Assembly (NCBI GenBank): GCA_964016885.1
Contig: OZ024743.1
Span: forward strand, 221,960,001-222,024,000
Reading direction: 5' to 3'
DNA: 64,000 nucleotides
From: Eledone cirrhosa
Taxonomy: Eukaryota
Of the stretch, positions 55,637 to 64,000 are shown one piece after another. Position 1 is the stretch's first letter; each line of letters begins with the position of its first letter. The position numbers were made by a program, and so were the translations under genes. The notes beneath the pieces are model-generated. The model did no database searches. It was not told the origin of the DNA and saw only the letters and a program-made list of their open reading frames with translations.

Positions 55637-57157
55637 CCTCATTGCACAATGCTTCAATTAAACTACAACTTCCTCCTTTCCTTACGCCTGAGCCAGGCCC
55701 AGTTCACAATTGTAAAGAAACTCTTCCAGCTATCTGAAAAGCGCGCCAAAGCCGGCTGCCAAGTAAACTTCCTCAAACGATACCTAAATAACAACATCAT
55801 CCCAAAAACTATCAGAAACTTGCACCTACCAACATGCTTCAAATCACCAGGCCTCAAACCATCACTTAGCTACATACAAAAATTCTGCCTAAGAAAACTC
55901 ATACAACACCTACACCGCACGCTACAACAATACATACGGACTATTTCCAGCCTTGTACCACAACTCGCTGAAACCCCAGAACCGCTGTCCAGAGTTATCT
56001 CCGCCGCTATAGACAGGTCATACCACCATAGCCGAGACTACGAGAAAATACGCCTAACACAAACATTTCTCAAACTCATCATGGCTAACCGTCTTAACAA
56101 CAACCCAACTCTAAGCACCAATAGAGGCGAACAAGACGGTACCAACACCGAACCTAGCGGCGCCCCGACCAACAACACACCTGGCGCAAAACACCTCGTC
56201 ACAGACTTGACAGGATCCCTCTCCCGAGAGGAATTAGACCTCCCCAGCCTGGGTCCCAAGTTCATATTGAAGCAGCGACTGGACGACAAATTATGGCTCG
56301 ACATAGAAACGAATTTCTGTCGGGCCGCCTACCAACTAAAATGGATATCGACTCTCGGCAACAACACCACGGAATCTAACACACCCAGATTCCCGATATA
56401 CCAACTGGATCGCCCACTCTGTCCACCGCCTGCTAACCGCGAGCTTGAAGAAAAACTCTCGAGGCTAAAGCATTCCGTACTTAACATCCTACGGAAACAG
56501 AAGAAGATAGCCCCAAACCTCTCCAGGACACAACAACTCGCCCTGAAGAACCTACGGAATAGGGAACTTATATACTTACCATCCGACAAAGGTAAAGAGT
56601 TTTGTGTCATCTCTCAAGCCACATACAACAACCTAGCCTTTGAACACCTAAGCGACAACGAACTATATACAGAGATCCCGGACATGACTGCAGCCCAGAT
56701 CGAAAAACAGGCCAACTCCATCTGGTTCAACATCTGTAGGAGAAGACAACTCCCAAATAAAGTTAAGTTCATCTACACCACTAGAAATAGCAGACTGCCC
56801 ACATTCTATCACCTCATTAAGATCAACAAGAATAGTACTAAGACACAAATAAGACCCATCGTCTCTAACATAGAAGGACCCCTATACAAAATCTCATGGC
56901 TCCTCTCCCAGGTCCTCAAGCCACTACTCTCCACCTTTCCCGGGTATGTCAGAAGCTCCGACGAAGTCATACGTAGACTACACCAACTCCAGCCAGAACA
57001 ACTTAAACTAAATAGGTACGTCTTTATCCTCGACGTTGTCTCCCTCTACATTACAATCCCCGCTCATCCAACTGTCGATTTATTGACGGACTGCGTGATC
57101 GCAGCAGACATCCACTACTACGGACATACACCAGCTTTTGTCCTTCACAGTGGATAA
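55553..57157 (+). CDS. PLE polyprotein, N-terminal part and RT motifs up to motif A (frameshifted; true start uncertain)
   Basis: SLGPKF, PNLS...AL..L, LPSDKG, FYHLIK, RPIVS and LDVVSLY are hallmark PLE RT motifs. The frame breaks near 57138. Confidence 0.9.
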   Translation: MSTISFAFAFIFYIHTCIVLALQLQTFIPHCTMLQLNYNFLLSLRLSQAQFTIVKKLFQLSEKRAKAGCQVNFLKRYLNNNIIPKTIRNLHLPTCFKSPGLKPSLSYIQKFCLRKLIQHLHRTLQQYIRTISSLVPQLAETPEPLSRVISAAIDRSYHHSRDYEKIRLTQTFLKLIMANRLNNNPTLSTNRGEQDGTNTEPSGAPTNNTPGAKHLVTDLTGSLSREELDLPSLGPKFILKQRLDDKLWLDIETNFCRAAYQLKWISTLGNNTTESNTPRFPIYQLDRPLCPPPANRELEEKLSRLKHSVLNILRKQKKIAPNLSRTQQLALKNLRNRELIYLPSDKGKEFCVISQATYNNLAFEHLSDNELYTEIPDMTAAQIEKQANSIWFNICRRRQLPNKVKFIYTTRNSRLPTFYHLIKINKNSTKTQIRPIVSNIEGPLYKISWLLSQVLKPLLSTFPGYVRSSDEVIRRLHQLQPEQLKLNRYVFILDVVSLYITIPAHPTVDLLTDCVIAADIHYYGHTPAFVLHSG

Positions 57158-58211
57158 CACGTACTTCACCTTCCACCACCACACATACAGACAGATAACA
57201 GGATTACTCTTGGGATCCAGGCTATCGGGCCTGCTGGCCATCACCTATATGAACCAGCTAGAATGCCGAGCCCTCAACACCTGCCATTCCCATACCTTCT
57301 TCACCCGATATGTAGATGACATACTCATCCTCACATCATCCCGTGAGGAGGCGGATAAAATATACACAACAGTCTCCAGCATGGACGCCAGTATAAAGTT
57401 CAGCATGGAACACCCCAATGACCGCGGATCCCTATCCCTACTGGACTTCCAACTCAGGGTAACAGAGGAAGGCAACATCCACACCTGTTTCTATAAAAAA
57501 GCCGCCAGCAGGGACCTGTTCGTACATTTCAGATCGGCCCTCCCAGCCGGCGCTAACTTCGGATACATAAGGAAGGAATTAACACGTATCCGGAACAAAT
57601 GCACCGACGCAAGAGACCGAGACACACACACCACACATTTCCTGGAAGTACTCAAACTGAACGGATACCCGACGTCCACCACGAACCATGCCAGAAAGAA
57701 CAGAGGACACCACACCCGAGGCACTAACACCTGCTTCCTGAAGCTCCCACACTTCAGCGACGAAACAGCCATCCGCAGAGCTATCAGACGAGAGGGACTA
57801 GATATCCAACTAGCCCACTCAGGACCTTCTCTACGCGGACAGTTAACCAAAAGACACTCCACCAGACATGACAGCCGCTGCAGGCTAGCCAACTGCCCCA
57901 TCAGCGACACAGACCTATGCCACCAGGCCTGCGTCGTATACAGATTAGAGTGCGACAAATACAGCAATTTCTATGTAGGTAGCACCACCAGACCACTTCA
58001 CATAAGAATAAAAGAACACCTCAATACTAACGCTTCCTCGTTTAAGAAACACCTAGTGAAATGCAAAAACACCGACAAAAACATAACAGTTAGGATAGAA
58101 ACTAAGGAAAGAAACCTCGGCAATCTTAGAATTAAGGAAGCACTGATTATAGACAAAACACAACCACCAATCAATAATAGACTAGAACTCAACACCCAAT
58201 TTTTAACATGA
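57138..58211 (+). CDS. PLE polyprotein C-terminal part: RT motifs B'-E, thumb, Cys-rich linker, GIY-YIG endonuclease
   Basis: YRQITGLLLGSRLS, RYVDD, LLDF, NGYP, CRLANC...C, VVYRLECDKY..FYVGSTTRPLHIRIKEH, IKEALII and PPINN. Confidence 0.93.
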   Translation: MSFTVDNTYFTFHHHTYRQITGLLLGSRLSGLLAITYMNQLECRALNTCHSHTFFTRYVDDILILTSSREEADKIYTTVSSMDASIKFSMEHPNDRGSLSLLDFQLRVTEEGNIHTCFYKKAASRDLFVHFRSALPAGANFGYIRKELTRIRNKCTDARDRDTHTTHFLEVLKLNGYPTSTTNHARKNRGHHTRGTNTCFLKLPHFSDETAIRRAIRREGLDIQLAHSGPSLRGQLTKRHSTRHDSRCRLANCPISDTDLCHQACVVYRLECDKYSNFYVGSTTRPLHIRIKEHLNTNASSFKKHLVKCKNTDKNITVRIETKERNLGNLRIKEALIIDKTQPPINNRLELNTQFLT

Positions 58212-58753
58212 TAGTGCACCTAGCCGCACACTTACACCCCCCTCACACACACACACGCATACGCACACACACACACACATACACACACACGCTTACACTT
58301 ACACTTATTCTCTCTCACACACACACATACACACACAAAGACCAGTTTTAACATGATAGAGCATCTAGCCCCACATTTACGTATAGACATATCTTCTCAC
58401 ACTCACACACACACACACGCATACTTACGCCTTCACGTATTCTCCCACACACTTAAACATACATTTACAAAACCCCTTTTAAAGGGAGACTACTCTTTAT
58501 CCACCTAACCTTCACTCTCTGACATTAGAGATAGAATGGAATCTCTATACCATTTCCTGTCAGCATGACTTGGCAAGCTAATTAGAGCACTGGATTAACC
58601 CCTTTACTTCCCTCCGACGAAGAGATATTATCTCGAAAATTAAGGATATTTAAATAAATTTAAGGTAAAAGACTAATTGTCAACAATATCTTTTGCATTT
58701 TCATTTATATTCTATATCCATACCTGCATTGTCTTGGCCTTACAACTCCAAAC

Positions 58754-58760
<7 letters not shown>
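58150..58760 (+). repeat. 3' pseudo-LTR
   Basis: Direct repeat of 55026-55636, followed by (TA)n to about 58827. Confidence 0.93.
58611..58645 (+). ncRNA. Minimal hammerhead-like motif in 3' pseudo-LTR
   Basis: CCT-CCGACGA-A-GAGAT-att-ATCTC-GAAA-AT-TA-AGG. Confidence 0.5.
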
Positions 58761-58832
<72 letters not shown>

Positions 58833-58840
58833 CATACATA

Positions 58841-59567
58841 TGTTTTCCTCTGTCCGGATAACTAAATTTAGTTATCACTTGCACTGTTGTTAGGTATCTA
58901 GTCTTTAATGCGAAGAAATACCAACAATAATCAGCAAACTACTGATGAGGGACATTTAATCTCTTGGTCTATTTTTATTCATATGTTCATGTCGCAACAA
59001 CGAGGCACGCCATTTTTCATTCACATATATGTTTTCCCTTCGCTGTGGTTCGTATTTTTTCTGTCACCTTACTGCTATCCCCTTTTTCTCTCTCCCCCTT
59101 CTCTCTCCTTCACCTCTTTCCTTCCTCCACTCCCGCTGCTGGTCACTCACTCTCGGATGGCCCCTTCCTCACACTTTCACTCAATCCCGCTCTGCTACTC
59201 CTCTCTCACTTCCTCCCGTCTGACCTGCTTGAATTTCTTTCCTCTCTCAATCTTTTCGTGGCTCGGACGTGTCTATTTATTTTTGTCAATTTGATTTGTT
59301 GGACTTAAGCCCACAAGATTCATTGACTTGTCTCTCTTTTCCTCTCTTTACGTTGTATTACTACCATGTTGTTTGTTTCCTTTCCTCTGTTTTCCTCTGT
59401 CCCGATAACTAAATTTAGTTATCGCTCGCACTGATTTTAGGTATCTAGTCTTTAATGCGAAGAAATACCAACGATAATCAGCAGACTACTGATGAGGGAC
59501 ATTTAATCTCTTGGTCTATTTTTATTCATATGTTCATGTTCGCAACAACGCAGCACGCCATTTTTCA

Positions 59568-59571
<4 letters not shown>
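58841..59571 (+). mobile_element. Non-coding element with about 183-bp terminal direct repeats between (TA)n tracts (probable non-autonomous PLE derivative)
   Basis: 58841-59023 is repeated at 59388-59571 (offset 547) around a CT-rich interior. Each repeat has a perfect palindrome and CTGATGAG. Confidence 0.7.
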
Positions 59572-59640
<69 letters not shown>

Positions 59641-60129
59641 TATATTATATTCACCACCACCATCCCCCATACCAGTATATAGATATGCTGCTACTCAAAA
59701 TAACTAAACATAAATTGACAGCTAATAACTATTTATTTACTGTACCCTCTTTTATTTATGCATTTATAAAGAACTTCTTAGGCAAAGAAAATTTCATAAT
59801 AAAAAAAAAACGAAAAGAGCCGATAAAGGCGGATTTTAATTCAGATACCACAAAACATCCCGTCCGATTTTTTAACAATTCCGCACATCCACTGTTCCGG
59901 AAGAAAACTTGACAAGGTTAACCTTAACCTCTGTGTTATTTGTACTCAGAGTATAGAAAGCCAGAACCACTACTAGTTCTGTCATTTCGCCGTCTTAAAT
60001 CCCCGTCTCAATGCCATAATTAGGAAGTTTGCTGTACCGAACTGAGTACAATTCAGTGTATTTGGTTCAGTATCGATGCTGTCATCCATCTACGTTCAAA
60101 TTTTCATAACTATAAACAAGAAATGGTAT

Positions 60130-60410
60130 GCTATGGTCCCGCAACTCCTGATAGAGTGGTAAGGGCGCCGTATTGACATCCGGCGTTTCTTGAGAATTTT
60201 AAACCTGGTGGAGACCATCTCTCTCTAGGCCTGAGTACAGCAGATTTCTTCCAGGGAAAGATAGAAAGTGAGAGAGAGAAACATTCAACCACAGTATTAG
60301 ACTGATACTCTTTTTATTGACCTCAAAAGGATGAAAGGCAATGTTGACCTCAGCGGGGTTTGAACTCAGAGAGCAGAGATCCTACGTTCTAACGACTCCG
60401 CCAATTCGCC
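60130..60410 (-). mobile_element. SINE plus extension (same extension family as 62001)
   Basis: SINE head and core at 60300-60410 on the minus strand, then CTGGAAGAAATCTGCTGTACTCAG...TCAGGAGTTGCGGGAC. Confidence 0.7.
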
Positions 60411-60611
60411 AAACAAGAAATAATTCCGTGTTAATTATTCTTGACCAAACAATTTTATAATGACAGTCTGTGTTGTGTATGTATCAGCCAGCATTGCTAT
60501 CAATCAGAAAACAGAGTTAATAATTATAGATATCTTTATGTACCATCACCAGCATCTACAACCACACACCACTAAATAAATAAATACCTCTTCCCTAAAC
60601 ATAATCCAGTT

Positions 60612-60824
60612 GTAGAGGACTAAATTAGTAGAGTTGTTAGAATGATGGATAGAATGATTTGCAGAATTCGTTTCGGTTCTCTGAGCTTAGAGTTTAAATC
60701 TCGTGTAACTTAATTTAGCTGTTCATCCTTTCGAAGTCGATCAAATATAAGTCTAGTACTAGGTTCAATACTTCTCCTTCTCTCACTCACTCACTCTCTC
60801 CGCACATCCGTCTCATTCTCTCTC

Positions 60825-60890
<66 letters not shown>

Positions 60891-61000
60891 CCACTCTCTC
60901 TCTCTCCATCCCCCTTTCTGTCTCTTTCCATCTCTCTATCTATTTCTCTCTCCATCCCTCTCTCTATATATCTCTATCTCCATCTCTCTCCATCTCTCTC

Positions 61001-61054
<54 letters not shown>

Positions 61055-61160
61055 GGAAGAAATCGGTTGTGTTCAGACCTCCTCCAGAGTGATGGTCACT
61101 GCCAAATATAAGTGTCCAAGATGGTCACGACAATGTCACTACGACTCCCCCGGTATTTAA
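60612..61160 (+). mobile_element. Diverged SINE plus expanded (CT)n/(TATC)n plus extension
   Basis: Degenerate B box GAGTTTAAATCT, core TTCATCCTTTCGAAGTCGAT, microsatellite 60780-61050, then CTGGAAGAAATC...CAGACCT. Confidence 0.6.
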
Positions 61161-61772
61161 GGATCTGTGGATGGATAGATAGATGAAAATAAGTCAGTTT
61201 CACTAGACGAATATTGTCTGCGATACCATATTACTTGGATTCTACACCGCGAAAGTAACTTAGTGGAAACAGAATCCTTAAAATAGGGCGAAGGTGATAT
61301 TTTTCTGTATTATTTTGTTTTCGGTTTTATTCCACACACATCCGTCCATTCCCTACCCTTTTCCTTGTTCCCTTATTTCATTACTCCAAATTAATTCACG
61401 TAAGAATTAATTTTCTACGGAGGTGGAAGTTAATATAATTATATAACTAAGGAAATTCGATTCTTTCCTCATTAACTTCAACATCCTTATTATAAACAAC
61501 ACATTCATCTTCATTTGTCTTCTTCCTGCGTTCCTTGCGTAATTGAATTATCTCTCATGATCTTCATTTAGAAATTAAGACACGAAAATAGGTCAGAACA
61601 ATTTTCTTCATAGCTTCTCCTTCCTTTGCCGTATTTTCATCTGTTTTCCCTGTTTGTATTTCAGTTCTCCAATTCACAGTTGACGTTTGGATGGCAAACG
61701 ATCCAAATAGGAAGAGGGGAGGGAGGCTACCAGACTAACTGGATGTTTATGTACCAGATTATAATTGTTTCA

Positions 61773-61955
61773 TAGCGACGAATTGGCAGAGTCGTTAGAA
61801 CGTCGGATAGAACGCTTTATGGTATTCGTTCCGGCTTTCTGCTCTTGGAGTTCAAATCCCGCCGAGGTCAACTTTGCCTTTCATCCTTTCGAGGTCGATA
61901 TAAAAAAAGTACCAGTCTAGTACCGGGGTCGATTATTCCTCTATATCTCTTTCTC

Positions 61956-62004
<49 letters not shown>

Positions 62005-62127
62005 GGAAGAAATCTACTGTACTCAGACCTGGAGGGTGATGGGCTCTACCGCGCTTAAAATGCCCAAGGGACGCCGTATGTCCAACGGCGTCCCTTCGAA
62101 TCCGTCAGGAGTTACGGGATCATACTA
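61773..62127 (+). mobile_element. SINE plus (CT)n plus extension
   Basis: A box TGGCAGAGTCGTT, B box GAGTTCAAATCC, core, (CT)n, and an extension with the hairpin AAGGGACGCCG/CGGCGTCCCTT. Confidence 0.8.
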
Positions 62128-63025
62128 TAATTGTTTCTAACATAAGTACAAGGCCAGTAATTCTTTTTTTTTGGGGGGGGGGGCTGTCATCGATTACATT
62201 GACTCAGGTTCGTAACTGGTATGCTATGTTATCGATCCCAGAAGAATGAAAGGGTAAAGTTTATATTGGCGGAACTTGAACTCAATTCATAGAAATTCGT
62301 AACTAAATACCGCAAACTATTGCGTCCAATGTTCTGAGTTCAAATCCCGCTGAGGTCAACTTTGCATTTCATCCTTCCGGATTCGATAAAGTAAAGTACC
62401 AGTTAAATACTGGGGTGGATTTAATCAGCATTGCCATTCTCCAAATTTGCTGGCTTTGTGCCTAGATTAGAAATAAATATAACTGTTTCTACTTTTGGCA
62501 CAAGGCCAGCAATTATCTGAGGCTTTATTTTATCGACCCTATAAGGATAAAAAGCAAAGTTAACCTCGGCGGGATTTGAAATCAGGCCATAAAGGGCCAT
62601 AACTCTATGCTGCAAAGCATGGTGTCCGACGCGCTACCGATACTGTCAACCCACCGCCCTTTATTAGAAATAAATATAACATAAGAAAGGAATCGTACAA
62701 AGCTAAATATTGGTTTCTGATTTAGTCACAAGGCCAACAATTTTGTGGGAGGAGAAAGTCGATTAAATCGACCCCAGTGCGTTACTGGTATATTATTTTA
62801 TCGACCTCGTAAGGATGAAAGGCAAAGTTAACCTCGACGGGATTTGAACTCAGAACATAAAGGGACGTAAAGAGAATAATGGTTTCTGATTTAGACGTAC
62901 TCTATGCCAAAAAAGAATGTTGTCCGACGCTCTACCGATACTGCCAATCCATCGTCCTCATAATAACGGTTTCTGATTTAGGCACAAGGCCAACAGTTTT
63001 GGGGGAGGAAAGTTTATTAAATCGA
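62128..63025. mobile_element. Cluster of SINE copies in alternating orientation
   Basis: Approximate copies at 62128-62335 (-), 62333-62478 (+), 62480-62660 (-) and 62708-62960 (-), plus a tail fragment to 63025. All share the core and B-box motifs. Confidence 0.82.
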
Positions 63026-63089
63026 TTAATGTGCAAAAGGGGTTAGGTTTGAGGTAGCTTGTCCTTCAGACAATTTATTCATCTCCGCC

Positions 63090-63124
<35 letters not shown>

Positions 63125-63614
63125 TCCACACACGTGTCGTAAACCCTTTTTGGATTCACTCCTTTTCCCTTCCCCTCCCTCTCTCTCTATCCCTCTTACT
63201 CACCCCCTCTCACTTCCGGGTTCTCCGTCTTTCTCTCTCTCTCTACACTTACTTTACTGAGATCGCCACAGAAAAAACCTTGCTCCGCAGTTATCCGGCC
63301 ACCGGGTTTATACCCATCAGTACAGTATAACTTATTCTATTTTCTCCTCGGTTACTTACATACATGTGCCATTGTCCTGTGTTCCCCCTTCTATTTAGTA
63401 TGTTTACTTCGTTTTTTTCCTCTTTCCCTTTATTTTCTTTCTTCCTCTCTTTTCACTATCACTTCTTTCCCTCGTGTCCTTTTGATGGATAAAAGGCCAC
63501 GGGCATGCTACGTATCGATGTCCTGTTTTAAGCGCCGAAATATCTATGATCCGCTGTAAACAGCTGACGATGGGCAACTTTTCTTCTCTTGTTTACGTCC
63601 CTATTACCTTTTTA

Positions 63615-63651
<37 letters not shown>

Positions 63652-64000
63652 AAAGAATAGAGGTGTAACACACAAATTATTATATATTGGTAAACGGAAT
63701 AGAAAATGCTGACAAATTGTTCACAGTTGAAAAATGGTTTAATTAGGAATAAAAGAGTATTAGTAATATTAGTAATTGTATGGGTTAGTATTCAGTTGTG
63801 GTTTTAAGTTTTTATGTTTTTACCGGTTGCGCATTTCTAAATGCTTTTCAAAAATAATTTTGAGATAGAGTGTCCGTGTTGTTTGCTCTGATCTGATTAG
63901 TTTTGGGAATTCTACCTGTTTTTATGTTTACAAAGTGGTTCCAGCGCTACTTTGGTGTTGCAAAAATTCTTGTGGTCAAAACAATTTTGATTGGTCGGTA

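Larger units (their letters stand above)
55026..58760 (+). mobile_element. Penelope-like retroelement (EN+, C-terminal GIY-YIG; Neptune/Nematis-like Cys-rich linker), near full length
   Basis: RT and GIY-YIG coding region bracketed by direct pseudo-LTRs that begin with the 3' end of the ORF. Ends in (TA)n. Clade assignment is tentative. Confidence 0.95.

Noticed and set aside
55553-58211. Selenoprotein-encoding or N-terminal-EN (Naiad/Chlamys-type) PLE
   Set aside because: GIY-YIG is C-terminal, and the ORF break is a frameshift, not an in-frame UGA.
53387-58219. Antisense ORFs overlapping the PLE copies (e.g. 53639-54208 +, 57491-57967 -)
   Set aside because: Shadow frames of the RT/EN coding strand with no recognisable motifs.
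46834-62960. tRNA genes suggested by A/B boxes
   Set aside because: No cloverleaf; the boxes are followed by the shared SINE core in every copy.
63480-63605. Hammerhead-like fragments (GGC...GCCGAAA; CTGACGATGGG)
   Set aside because: Core halves could not be assembled with a stem I.

Overview
AT-rich, repeat-dense eukaryotic (metazoan) genomic DNA. The tRNA-derived SINEs and abundant (TA)n/(TG)n/(TATG)n tracts resemble a cephalopod (Octopus-like) genome, which is an inference. Two thirds of the window (about 1322-43770) is one uninterrupted head-to-tail satellite array of a 44-bp monomer (about 965 copies), with nested higher-order repeats and a quasi-palindromic monomer. The right third is a transposon/microsatellite landscape. 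It contains a Penelope-like retroelement (RT plus C-terminal GIY-YIG, frameshifted, about 610-bp pseudo-LTRs) fused to an inverted, 5'-truncated and internally deleted second copy. It also contains many SINEs, a hAT-type MITE, pogo/Tigger relics, an 84-bp x5 tandem repeat and one candidate host exon. The most notable signal is a cluster of hammerhead-ribozyme motifs. A 490-bp fold-back element carries two outward-pointing, complete type I hammerheads with a compensatory U3-A8 core, one per arm. Minimal hammerhead motifs also occur in all three Penelope pseudo-LTR copies, and two more microsatellite-bounded elements carry decayed hammerhead-like motifs. No intact host gene, rRNA, tRNA or CRISPR array is supported.
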